Positions 39,328 through 48,803 of a stretch of 52,383 bases of DNA are shown here, in pieces; position 1 is the first letter of the stretch; each line of letters starts with the position of its first letter. The notes beneath the pieces were generated by a model. It was not told the DNA's origin. It was given only the letters and a program-made list of their open reading frames with translations, and did not search any database. Position numbers and translations under genes: made by a program. The DNA lies in contig CAKZZJ010000140.1 in assembly GCA_937885165.1 (NCBI GenBank), forward strand, positions 1 to 52,383, given 5' to 3'. The stretch is from an uncultured Bacillales bacterium (lineage in GTDB: Bacteria; Bacillota_I; Bacilli_A; Acholeplasmatales; Anaeroplasmataceae).

Positions 39328-39898
39328 ATTCCTTTTCTAAGATAATTTTATATGATTCATCATCTTCATATGCTTCTATTATCTTAAATTGTGGCAAATA
39401 ATATGATGCTTCAAGATTAACTTCATTTAAAGTCCTTGAAATATTTGTTATCTGAGAATGGTGCATATCAAGCCTCTTTCTTGATAAATTGTGCAATATT
39501 GCTAATTTTCCTTTATCATTTAATAAATCATATATTTTATTTTTAAATTTTTCTTTATCTATAAAATGGGGGTACGCATTAAAACAAATTATATAATCAA
39601 ATTTATCATTAAGATCATATAAATCAATATTTTTAAATGTTATATTCTTATTCTTATTTTTTTCATTTGCGATAGAAATCATCTCATCAGATAAATCTAT
39701 TGAAAGCATTGGAACATTTATTATATCTTCAATATATTCAGACACTATACCTGTTCCACATGCTAAATCAAGTACTTTCATTTTTTCTTTTAAACCAATA
39801 TCATTTATTAGATTTTTGGCTCTTAATCTATCATCTGGTGTTATATTATTATCCCACTTTCTAGCAAGATTATTAAAAAATTCTTTAATCTCATTCAT
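39326..39898 (-). CDS. Class I SAM-dependent methyltransferase
   Basis: FFN..A..WD, VLDLACGTG, IDLS..M, FD.I.CFNAYPHF. Confidence 0.88.
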   Translation of the reverse strand: MNEIKEFFNNLARKWDNNITPDDRLRAKNLINDIGLKEKMKVLDLACGTGIVSEYIEDIINVPMLSIDLSDEMISIANEKNKNKNITFKNIDLYDLNDKFDYIICFNAYPHFIDKEKFKNKIYDLLNDKGKLAILHNLSRKRLDMHHSQITNISRTLNEVNLEASYYLPQFKIIEAYEDDESYKIILEKE

Positions 39899-41058
39899 TA
39901 TCCTAAAAATTCCTCTAAATTATCTATTTTCTGATAACCGCCATAAGATTCTTTCATATCCTTGACAAGTGAATATGAAGCATTTTTGCCTAAAAATTTT
40001 TGTAATATTTCTGTTGATTTATCTTCAATACTAAAATTATTATACATATCACTATATGCAATGCTTGAAATATAATATGCATCCATAAGTGCTACCTCAA
40101 CGTTAGTGTAATAAGCATTAAAAGGCATTTGTAAATATACTTTGCCATTTCTTATTGCATCAAGATTTAATATTGCTTCTTTATGAGTCTCATATTTTTG
40201 ATTTTTGAATATGCTGATCCCTAGAGAATCAAGTATGATATTATCAGGATTAACTGATATTAACTTTTCTATATCGATAATTCCGTTTGATATATCTAAA
40301 GAAGATATCGCGTTTTTAATATTAGATACATTAAATAGTGAAAAATTAGCACTTGTTGATAAGATATCTTGAGTACCCCAGTTTCCTAAACAACCTATAT
40401 AAAATGATTCTTTTTGATTTGTTGATTTTTGTGATATATTTTTTAATTCAGCCTCAGAATCTTTAAGATAATTAATTAATTCTAATGCTCTATCTTCTTT
40501 TTTTAATACCTTACCAAGTAAAGTGAATGTATTATATAATCTTTCATCAAATATATTATGGTTATTACCATATCTTATTGTTATAACAGGAGTTTCTGTA
40601 TCATTTTGAAGTTTATTCATTTTTTCTTCATCTTCATATTCAGATATGATTAAATCGGGATTGGCAAGAATAATTTTTTCTGTTTCTGGATTCTGATTTC
40701 TTGGTCCTCCTAAACCAACTGATAAAGTATTTTTTAATAAATCCTTATTAATATCATAATATGGCCTTGATACATCTTTAAATCCGCCAGCTCCAAATAA
40801 TGAATAATCTGTATCATCTTGATTTCTATCGATATCTTCAGCACCGACAATTAAATTCATATCTCCTATATATGAATACAGCCTTAATGCCCCAGCACCA
40901 ATACATACGATTCTTTCTATCTTATCAATATTTAAGCTGACATCTCTTCCAATCATATCAGTAACTGTTATTTCTTCATCATTATTAGAATTATTTTTGC
41001 ACCCTATTATAGGTATTAAAATGATGAATAGAAAAAATAATTTTTTAAATGTTTTCAT
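39898..41058 (-). CDS. Fe-siderophore/heme/cobalamin ABC substrate-binding lipoprotein
   Basis: Signal peptide with lipobox IIGC, VTDMIGR.V....IERIVC, E.I...NPDLII, L.A..NGKVY. Likely start MKTFKK at 41058. Confidence 0.85.
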   Translation of the reverse strand: MKTFKKLFFLFIILIPIIGCKNNSNNDEEITVTDMIGRDVSLNIDKIERIVCIGAGALRLYSYIGDMNLIVGAEDIDRNQDDTDYSLFGAGGFKDVSRPYYDINKDLLKNTLSVGLGGPRNQNPETEKIILANPDLIISEYEDEEKMNKLQNDTETPVITIRYGNNHNIFDERLYNTFTLLGKVLKKEDRALELINYLKDSEAELKNISQKSTNQKESFYIGCLGNWGTQDILSTSANFSLFNVSNIKNAISSLDISNGIIDIEKLISVNPDNIILDSLGISIFKNQKYETHKEAILNLDAIRNGKVYLQMPFNAYYTNVEVALMDAYYISSIAYSDMYNNFSIEDKSTEILQKFLGKNASYSLVKDMKESYGGYQKIDNLEEFLG

Positions 41059-41806
41059 ACACAATATATTTTTTATTCCTTTCATTTTTTATTTTTACAT
41101 CTATATTAAATACATCTTTAATAATTTTTTCATTTATAATTTTAGTAGATCCCATTTGTATTATTTTTGTATCTTTTAACAACATAAAATTGTCACCTAA
41201 ATTAAGTGCTAAATTTATATCGTGCATAGATATTAATACAATTAAGTTTTTTTCTTTTGTTAATTCTTTTAGAATTTTTGAGACATTAATAGATTTTGAA
41301 ATATCTAAGTTTGATGTAGGCTCATCTAGCATAATTATTTTTGGTTCTTGAGCGAGGGCTCTTGCAATCATTACAAGCTGTTTTTCTCCACCTGATAAAG
41401 TATTATAATCCCTATTCCTAAATTCATTTAAATGCATTTCATCAATTATATCATTTACAATTTTAATATCATTTTTAGATTCTTTAAATCTTATATAAGG
41501 TGTTCTTCCTAACATTATAACTTCATAAACAGTTAAATAAGGAATGTCATTTTCCTGTGCTACATAAGATATCAGTTTAGCTTTTTCATTTGTTTTTAAT
41601 TTTTCTAAATCTATATCATTATAAGAAATATCACCACTTGTTTTCTTTAAGATACCATTTATAAGTTTGATAATTGTTGTTTTACCTTCACCATTTGGTG
41701 AGAGAATAATAGATATTTCACTTTCATTTAAAGTAAATGATATATCATCTAAAATAAGAGGAGATGATTTGTTATATCTAAAACTAAGATTTTTAATTTC
41801 AAGCAT
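41045..41806 (-). CDS. Fe/B12-type ABC importer ATPase (FecE/BtuD-like)
   Basis: SPNGEGKT, LSGGEKQ, ARALAQEP..MLDEPTS.LD, MHDINLA. Confidence 0.92.
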   Translation of the reverse strand: MLEIKNLSFRYNKSSPLILDDISFTLNESEISIILSPNGEGKTTIIKLINGILKKTSGDISYNDIDLEKLKTNEKAKLISYVAQENDIPYLTVYEVIMLGRTPYIRFKESKNDIKIVNDIIDEMHLNEFRNRDYNTLSGGEKQLVMIARALAQEPKIIMLDEPTSNLDISKSINVSKILKELTKEKNLIVLISMHDINLALNLGDNFMLLKDTKIIQMGSTKIINEKIIKDVFNIDVKIKNERNKKYIVYENI

Positions 41807-42860
41807 TTATATTACCCCTCGATTTAGTAAATACAATATATAAGAAGAATGGGGCGCCAATTATTGCAGTTATAGCACCAACTGGTAATGAAAAGCCATT
41901 CATCAGTACTTTACTTAAAATATCTGATATAAGTAAAATAATTGAACCCATAATACCAGATGCTGTAATTACAAAGCGGTGATTATTACCTATTAGTCTC
42001 TTTACTATGTGTGGTGCTATTATGCCTATAAAACCGATAATTCCGAAATTAGCAACTGATATGGCTGTAATAAGGGAAGCAAGTAAAAGAGATACGAATC
42101 TTGTAAAATTAGTGTTTACTCCAAGAGTTTTAGCCACTTCATCACCACTTGATATTGCATTATAATTTTTAGATAGCAACATAAAAATTATAAAAGAGAC
42201 TAATGTTAGACCAATTATTATATAATTTATCCTCATATTACCTCTTTCTAAGTCACCAAATGACCAAAATACAGCACTTGTTAAGCGGGTATCAACTGCG
42301 AAATATTGTATTAAAGTTGTGATAGCCTCATAAATGCTACCTAAAGCTATACCGATAAGTATTATTGTTGAAGGTGAAAATTTCTTTATCTTTGCTAATA
42401 TTAAAATTAAAATTATTGAACCTAAAGAAAACAAGAAAGCAATGAAGGATACAAAATAAGGATTATCAGATGAAAAATTCGTACCATTTGCAGTATTTAC
42501 TACTCCGCCAGATAAAATAATTATAGCGATATTAGCACCTAAGACTGCCGCACCTGATACGCCTAAGGTTGCAGGAGATGCCATATCATTATTAAGATTT
42601 GTTTGCATCATCAATCCAGAAATACCCATTCCAAATCCTAAAACCAGCGCCGCTATAGCTCTTGGTAGCCTTACATTATGCATAATTAGAATATTTGCTT
42701 TTTCACCTTTGCCAAATAAAGCATTAAATGCATCAGCAAAAGAAATATTTGATGAACCTACAAAAAGGCTTACAAAAAATAAAATTATTGAAATTATTCC
42801 AATAATTATAATGAACAATATTCTTTTTCTATTATCTTTAATATAACTTTGTCTTATCAT
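41799..42860 (-). CDS. FecCD/BtuC-family ABC permease
   Basis: RLPR, MQ..LNN.MASP..LGVS.AA, GDE.A.TLG, G.IGFIG.IAPH, LPVG..T..IGAPFF. Start at ATG 42860 (or 42872). Confidence 0.93.
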   Translation of the reverse strand: MIRQSYIKDNRKRILFIIIIGIISIILFFVSLFVGSSNISFADAFNALFGKGEKANILIMHNVRLPRAIAALVLGFGMGISGLMMQTNLNNDMASPATLGVSGAAVLGANIAIIILSGGVVNTANGTNFSSDNPYFVSFIAFLFSLGSIILILILAKIKKFSPSTIILIGIALGSIYEAITTLIQYFAVDTRLTSAVFWSFGDLERGNMRINYIIIGLTLVSFIIFMLLSKNYNAISSGDEVAKTLGVNTNFTRFVSLLLASLITAISVANFGIIGFIGIIAPHIVKRLIGNNHRFVITASGIMGSIILLISDILSKVLMNGFSLPVGAITAIIGAPFFLYIVFTKSRGNINA

Positions 42861-43010
42861 TTTTATACACATCTAGCACTTTTGTCTAAAAAAATTATAA
42901 CACAATAAGAATTTATTACAAGAAATAATTGTATATTTAGAGAAAATAAAATATAATAATAAACAAAAGTTTAATAAATTTTTGTGATAGTGGACTGGTG
43001 TATAAAAATG
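42858..43010. repeat. 13-bp perfect inverted repeat bracketing a divergent promoter region
   Basis: CATTTTTATACAC (42858-42870) and GTGTATAAAAATG (42998-43010). Confidence 0.75.
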
Positions 43011-43562
43011 GATAAAAGAAAAGAAAAAACAATTAGATTAGTTGAAGATTCGCTGATAGATTTGGTAAAGGTTAAAGACTATAATGATATCACAACCAAT
43101 GATATCATTGAAAAAGCAAGTATTTGTAGGGCAACATTCTATAATAATTTCAATAATAAAGATGATGTATTACATATGATATCAAATGACATATTTTTGC
43201 ATGTTTCTTCAGTTCATTTAGAAAAAGAAACTCATCATGATTTCTCACGTCAAAATGATGTAAAACATAGAATAAATCATATGTTATGTCATTTTTATGA
43301 AGATAAGGATATGCTTAATGCATTTTTATCTTCATCAGCAAAAGATATATTGATATCTGATTTGAAAAAGCATATCAATAATCTAGTCATATCTTATTTA
43401 TATATAAAAGAAGATAACATTATTCCAAAAGATCTTTTAATAAACCATCTTACTGTAACGTTAGTTGAAATTACAAGGTGGTGGCTTATAGAAAATAATG
43501 CGACAATAGGAACTAATGATTTGACAAATTATTATTTTAAATTAATAGAACATTTATTATAA
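43008..43562 (+). CDS. TetR/AcrR-family regulator
   Basis: MDKR..KT...I..., ITT.DI.EKA.I.RATFY..F..KDD HTH, C-terminal WW. ATG 43008. Confidence 0.9.
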   Translation: MDKRKEKTIRLVEDSLIDLVKVKDYNDITTNDIIEKASICRATFYNNFNNKDDVLHMISNDIFLHVSSVHLEKETHHDFSRQNDVKHRINHMLCHFYEDKDMLNAFLSSSAKDILISDLKKHINNLVISYLYIKEDNIIPKDLLINHLTVTLVEITRWWLIENNATIGTNDLTNYYFKLIEHLL

Positions 43563-43633
43563 ATATGTTTATTTCATTTTTCTTCATAAAGTAGTATAAT
43601 ATAAACAAAGAAAAAAGAAGGAGAATTTTTAAA

Positions 43634-45292
43634 ATGAAAACATCACCACTTCAACAAGCAAGGTATCAATATACACCTAAGCTTCCAGGTATGCTTAGAC
43701 ATGGAATTGATGAAATTTGCGTTAAAGAAGGAAAAGAAACCGAAAGCGTAGCTGATCAAGCTAAGATTAAAGCTTTATTTCCTAATACTTATGGTAAGAA
43801 GGAAATTACTTTTGTCAAAGGAAAGAACAATAATCCTAAGAAAAAAGAGGTTGTTGGAGTAATTTTATCAGGTGGTCAGGCGCCTGGTGGACACAATGTA
43901 ATATCAGGATTGTATGATGCCCTTAAAAAAGCAAATAAGGATAATGTCTTAATTGGATTTAAAAACGGACCTAGTGGTCTTACATCAGATGATTATTTAG
44001 TTTTTGATGATGAATACATCAATGCATATAGGAACACAGGCGGTTTTGATATAATTGGTTCAGGCAGAACTAAACTTGAAACTGAAGAACAGTTTAAAGT
44101 CGCAGTAGAGGTATGTAAAAAGCATGGTATTACTGCCATAGTTATTATTGGTGGTGATGATTCAAATACTAATGCTGCAGTGCTTGCTGAATATTTCGCA
44201 GCTCATAAAGCAGGAGTATCAGTAATCGGATGTCCAAAGACAATAGATGGTGATTTAAAGAATGATGATATCGAATGTTCATTTGGATTTGATACGGCAA
44301 CTAAAACTTATTCTGAATTAATCGGTAACATTGAACGTGATGCCAATTCAGCTAAAAAATACTGGCACTTCATCAAAGTTATGGGTAGAAGTGCTTCACA
44401 TGTCGCACTTGAATGTGCACTAGAAACTCAACCTAATATTTGTCTTATTTCTGAAGAGGTTGCCGCAAAGAAGATGAGCCTATCAGAAATAGCTAATTAT
44501 ATTGCTGATTCTGTTGAGGCACGTGCTAATAATGGTATGAACTTCGGTGTAGCAATTATTCCTGAAGGTGTTGTAGAATTCGTTCCCGAATTTAGAGTAT
44601 TAATTGATGAAATCAATGAATTACTTGCTGGAAGTAAAGCAGAAGAATTTAATAAACTTAGTTCATGGAATGAAAAATATGCCTTCATCGAAAAAGGCCT
44701 TACAAAGGAATCTATGGCTGTATTTGCTTTATTACCACAGGGAATTCAACAACAATTATTCTTAGAACGTGATCCACATGGTAATGTACAAGTATCATTG
44801 ATTGAGTCAGAAAAATTATTCTCAGCACTAGTTAAAGATGTATTAGAAGAAAGAAGAAAGAAAGGCACTTATAAAGGTAAATTCAGTGCTTTGCATCATT
44901 TCTTTGGTTATGAAGGAAGATGTGCATTCCCTTCTAATTTTGATGCAGATTATTGTTATTCACTTGGCTATAATGCAGCAATGTTAATTCAAAATGGATT
45001 CAATGGTTATTTATCAAAAGTATCTAATCTTTCTAAACCAGCAGAAGAATGGGTAGCTGGTGGTATGCCTATTACTAAGATGATGAATATTGAACGTAGA
45101 CATGGCGAAGATAAACCAGTTATTAGAAAAGCATTAGTTGAACTAGATGGTAAGCCATTCAAATATTTTGAAGCACATAGAAAAGAATGGGCAAAAGAAA
45201 CTGCCTATACTTATCCAGGTGCTATTCAGTATTATGGACCAAGAGAAGTATGCGATTTAACAACTAGAACTCTTGCGTTAGAAAAAGAATAA
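43634..45292 (+). CDS. pfp: Pyrophosphate-dependent phosphofructokinase (long clade)
   Basis: [19 protein letters not shown] (Asp), PKTIDGD (Lys), SFGFDTA, MGRSASH; 552 aa. Confidence 0.96.
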   Translation: MKTSPLQQARYQYTPKLPGMLRHGIDEICVKEGKETESVADQAKIKALFPNTYGKKEITFVKGKNNNPKKKEVVGVILSGGQAPGGHNVISGLYDALKKANKDNVLIGFKNGPSGLTSDDYLVFDDEYINAYRNTGGFDIIGSGRTKLETEEQFKVAVEVCKKHGITAIVIIGGDDSNTNAAVLAEYFAAHKAGVSVIGCPKTIDGDLKNDDIECSFGFDTATKTYSELIGNIERDANSAKKYWHFIKVMGRSASHVALECALETQPNICLISEEVAAKKMSLSEIANYIADSVEARANNGMNFGVAIIPEGVVEFVPEFRVLIDEINELLAGSKAEEFNKLSSWNEKYAFIEKGLTKESMAVFALLPQGIQQQLFLERDPHGNVQVSLIESEKLFSALVKDVLEERRKKGTYKGKFSALHHFFGYEGRCAFPSNFDADYCYSLGYNAAMLIQNGFNGYLSKVSNLSKPAEEWVAGGMPITKMMNIERRHGEDKPVIRKALVELDGKPFKYFEAHRKEWAKETAYTYPGAIQYYGPREVCDLTTRTLALEKE

Positions 45293-45340
45293 TAATCAAA
45301 AAAATTGTAAATAATTTATAGATTATAAATAATAAAATTT

Positions 45341-45368
45341 GGATATCTGAAGGGGATATCCTTTTTTT
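45341..45368 (+). terminator. Intrinsic terminator of pfp
   Basis: GGATATC-tgaaggg-GATATCC followed by T7. Confidence 0.82.
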
Positions 45369-45548
45369 AGATTTCCTTTTTATATAAAATCCGCTTTCTA
45401 AAGCAAGCTTATAGTCTTTTTCTACTGCTTGATTTTTATATTTTTTCCATAATACCGCATCTTTTTATGTTTATCACGAAACATACCATTTTATGTGTTT
45501 ATGATACGATTATGTAAACATTTTTATACGATACACTGAAAATTGTGT

Positions 45549-45577
45549 TTGCTAAAAGGATTAGATTATTATATAAT
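45549..45577 (+). promoter_or_regulatory. Sigma-A promoter of the hprK operon
   Basis: TTGCTA-17 nt-TATAAT, ending 9 nt before ATG 45587. Confidence 0.55.
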
Positions 45578-45586
45578 CTAAAAGAT

Positions 45587-46234
45587 ATGAAATTAAAAGA
45601 TAAATACTCAGTAGAAAATTTAATAGATAAAAGCTATGAATTATCTAAGCTTATTGGTGATAATAATCTAAATAAAGAAGATTTTAAAAATAATTTTTTA
45701 AATGACATTAATAATAGAAAATATTTGGATTCTTTTTTTAACAGAAGATTAAAAATCAAGAGATCAGAATTTAAAATAGCATTATTAAAAGAAATGGATT
45801 CTTTATACAATAATAAATTAGTTGATGAAGAACAATTAAATATGATAAGAGAAGCCATGATTTTAAGTTTTAATGATGAAGATGATATTAATGTTAAAAG
45901 AAATCTTATTATTTTTGTAATCAATATTTTTGCTGTATACTTGATTGCCTTAGCAGGTTTTGGTTTATTTAGTTATCATTTGAATATAGTTTATTTTAAA
46001 TATGAAGTATTCTATATTGCTGCTATAGTAATGGTTGCATTTGTTATCGCAAGGATGCTGAAAGAAAAGCTCAAATATTCATATTTAAGCCTAGTTCCAG
46101 TTATGATAATCATATTGATTCTTATGATTTTTAATATTTATTATCATATATTTGATTATTCATATATCTGGTTGTTTTACATAATTTTTGTTGAAATTAT
46201 GTATAAGTTAGTGAATATGATCTTTAAAAAATAG
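45587..46234 (+). CDS. Hypothetical protein, soluble helical N-terminus plus 4 TM helices
   Basis: ORF track 45545..46234; ATG 45587 preferred. Ends at the AGGAGG SD of hprK. Confidence 0.72.
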   Translation: MKLKDKYSVENLIDKSYELSKLIGDNNLNKEDFKNNFLNDINNRKYLDSFFNRRLKIKRSEFKIALLKEMDSLYNNKLVDEEQLNMIREAMILSFNDEDDINVKRNLIIFVINIFAVYLIALAGFGLFSYHLNIVYFKYEVFYIAAIVMVAFVIARMLKEKLKYSYLSLVPVMIIILILMIFNIYYHIFDYSYIWLFYIIFVEIMYKLVNMIFKK

Positions 46235-46243
46235 GAGGTAAAC

Positions 46244-47185
46244 ATGAAAAAAGTAATAGTTGAACAATTTGCGAAAGATAATGGTTTAGAACTTATTGCT
46301 GGTAAGATGGGTGATAAAGCAAAACTTGCAAGCGATGAGATTGTAAGACCTGGTCTTGAATTTAATGGTTTTTTTGATTATTTTGAACATGATAGACTTG
46401 TTTTGATAGGCCCTAAAGATGCATCATTTTTAGATACTTTACCCAAAGATGCAATAAGAAAAAATGTTGAAGAAATCTTTAAGAGGAAACCCCCTGTTAT
46501 TGTAGTCTCTGTAAATGTAGTAGTTAATCCTATATTTATAGAAATGGCAGATAAATATGAGGTTGCATTATATAGATCTAATTTAAGAACTACACCTACA
46601 TCATCTAAGTTATATACTTATTTACAGGATAAGCTTGCCGAAAGATTAAGTGTACACGGAACACTTCTTGATATCAATGGTATGGGTACATTAATTATAG
46701 GTAAGAGTGGTATAGGTAAATCAGAAACCGCACTAGACTTAATTAAAAGAGGGCACCAGTTAATCAGTGATGATTTAGTCGAAATAATTGAAAAAGAACC
46801 AGGTAATCTGATTGGAACATCGCCTAAATTAATTAAGAGATATATGGAAATAAGAGGTATCGGTATAGTTGATGTTGTAACAATGTTTGGTGCGGCATCA
46901 TATAGGGAAAGAAAGAACATTAGGCTTGTTGTTGAACTTCAAAGTTGGAATGAAGAAAAATATTATGATAGATTGGGTCTTGATAGCTTAAAGGTAAAAT
47001 ATTTTAATACGGAAATAACAAAGATAGTTATTCCTGTTTTACCAGGCAGACCAGTTGCTTTATTAGTTGAATCTGCAGCTATGAACGAAAAATTAAAATT
47101 ACTTGGAATGAATGCTGCTTTGGAATTTATCGCAAATGTTGATAAAGAAGCAGCAAGAAAAGTAGAAAGTGAAGAGGATGAATAA
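46244..47185 (+). CDS. hprK: HPr kinase/phosphorylase
   Basis: RPGL, HG.L.DI.G.G.LI.GKSGIGKSE.AL.LIKRGH.LISDD, MEIRGIGI, YDRLG, IPV.PGR. Confidence 0.97.
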   Translation: MKKVIVEQFAKDNGLELIAGKMGDKAKLASDEIVRPGLEFNGFFDYFEHDRLVLIGPKDASFLDTLPKDAIRKNVEEIFKRKPPVIVVSVNVVVNPIFIEMADKYEVALYRSNLRTTPTSSKLYTYLQDKLAERLSVHGTLLDINGMGTLIIGKSGIGKSETALDLIKRGHQLISDDLVEIIEKEPGNLIGTSPKLIKRYMEIRGIGIVDVVTMFGAASYRERKNIRLVVELQSWNEEKYYDRLGLDSLKVKYFNTEITKIVIPVLPGRPVALLVESAAMNEKLKLLGMNAALEFIANVDKEAARKVESEEDE

Positions 47186-47187
47186 TT

Positions 47188-48801
47188 ATGGATTTTTTAT
47201 ATAGCTCAGGTGAAGCAACTAAGCTTTTTGGAGTTTTTACAATGTATGCAGTATGCATACTTATAGGTGTTATTATCGCTGCTTTTTATGTAATACATGA
47301 AGGTAAAAGGCTTGGTATTAATTCTGACACATTATATCTTGCGATAATAATTACCTTACCACTTGCGATAATTGGTGCGAGAATATGGTATGTTTTATTT
47401 AATTTAGATAGTTTTTCAAGCTTCGCTGAAGTACTAGGCTTTAGAAATGGTAAATTTGTTGGTTTTGCTGGACTTGCGATACAAGGTGGAGTAATAGTTG
47501 CCATATTAGTATTATATATTTATTGTAGGATAAGGAAATTAAGCATATATAAAATTATGGATTTGGCAGCCCCAGCCATCATAATAGGTCAGATCTGCGG
47601 AAGATGGGGTAATTTTTTCAATCATGAGTTATATGGGCCTATCGATACATCAGGTTTTGTAGAAAACTTACCATTAATTGGCGATATGATGTATATTGAT
47701 GGTGCTTACCGTCATCCTGTATTTCTATATGAATCATTGCTTAATTTAGTTGGGCTTGTAATTATGATTGTAGCTGTAAGGAAGATCAAATATGTTAAAA
47801 CCGGAGATGTTTTAGGCTTTTATCTTATCTGGTATGGTGCAGTCAGAATATTTACTGAAAATTTAAGATTAAACAGTGGTGTATCTGAACCACTAATGGC
47901 AGGATCAGTTCCGGTATCAATTTTGGTAAGTATTATATTTATAGTCTTAGGCTTTATATGGCTTATTGGAAAGAGACTTCTTAAATATGTTAAATTTAAA
48001 TACCCTAAAAAGGAATTACCTCTAAAACCTGAAATATCAGGTATTAAATTACTTCCTTATTATTTTAAAAAATGCTACATTATTACAACAAATAGACTAA
48101 AATATTTAATCATCAATGCACCACAAATAAGCTATATAGATTCAGTAAATGAAGCAAAAGCAAAAAGATATGATGCCGTATTATTTGATTTAGATGGTAC
48201 ACTTCTTGATACTAAAGCTTTGATTGATGCATCAGTAGTATATACATTTGAAAAGCATCGCCCCGACTATAAGCTTACTGAAGATGAAATAGATGCATTC
48301 TTCGGACCAACTTTAGAACAATCTTTTTCTAAATACACTGCTGATAAAGAAGAAATAGATGAGATGATTAAAACTTACAGGGATTATAACTGGGCTAATC
48401 ATGATGTTATGGTAAAAGCTTTTCCTCGTGCTAAAGAAACACTTAAAGCATTAAAGAATAACGGACTTAAAACTGCAGTAGTGTCATCTAAAAAATCTGA
48501 TATGGTACTGCATGGACTTGAAATATGTGGTCTTTCTAAATATGTCGACTTGATAGTGGGTTGTGAAAGTGTAACAGAACCAAAACCATCACCAGAAGGT
48601 ATATTGAAAGCTAAGAACGAATTAGGTGTAAATAAGGTTGCCTATGTCGGTGATACTATGGCTGATATTGAAGCAGCAATAGAAGCCAATGTTACTTCAG
48701 TCGGAGTTTTATATATTAAGCATCCTGAAATAATGATGGAAGCTAAACCAGATTATGTAATAAATAATTTGTCAGAACTTGTTAAATTATTTGGTGAATA
48801 A
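47188..48801 (+). CDS. lgt: Fusion of prolipoprotein diacylglyceryl transferase (Lgt) and HAD pyrophosphatase (PpaX-like)
   Basis: N-terminal GARIWYV, IGQ..GRWGNFFN.E.YG, HP.FLYES, YG..R...E.LR. C-terminal FDLDGTL.D, FFGPTL, VSSK, KP.PEG, YVGD...D. Confidence 0.92.
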   Translation: MDFLYSSGEATKLFGVFTMYAVCILIGVIIAAFYVIHEGKRLGINSDTLYLAIIITLPLAIIGARIWYVLFNLDSFSSFAEVLGFRNGKFVGFAGLAIQGGVIVAILVLYIYCRIRKLSIYKIMDLAAPAIIIGQICGRWGNFFNHELYGPIDTSGFVENLPLIGDMMYIDGAYRHPVFLYESLLNLVGLVIMIVAVRKIKYVKTGDVLGFYLIWYGAVRIFTENLRLNSGVSEPLMAGSVPVSILVSIIFIVLGFIWLIGKRLLKYVKFKYPKKELPLKPEISGIKLLPYYFKKCYIITTNRLKYLIINAPQISYIDSVNEAKAKRYDAVLFDLDGTLLDTKALIDASVVYTFEKHRPDYKLTEDEIDAFFGPTLEQSFSKYTADKEEIDEMIKTYRDYNWANHDVMVKAFPRAKETLKALKNNGLKTAVVSSKKSDMVLHGLEICGLSKYVDLIVGCESVTEPKPSPEGILKAKNELGVNKVAYVGDTMADIEAAIEANVTSVGVLYIKHPEIMMEAKPDYVINNLSELVKLFGE

Positions 48802-48803
48802 TA

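Noticed and set aside
42873..42997. Cobalamin riboswitch upstream of the BtuCDF-like operon
   Set aside because: Region is too short and AT-rich, and lacks B12-box-like motifs.
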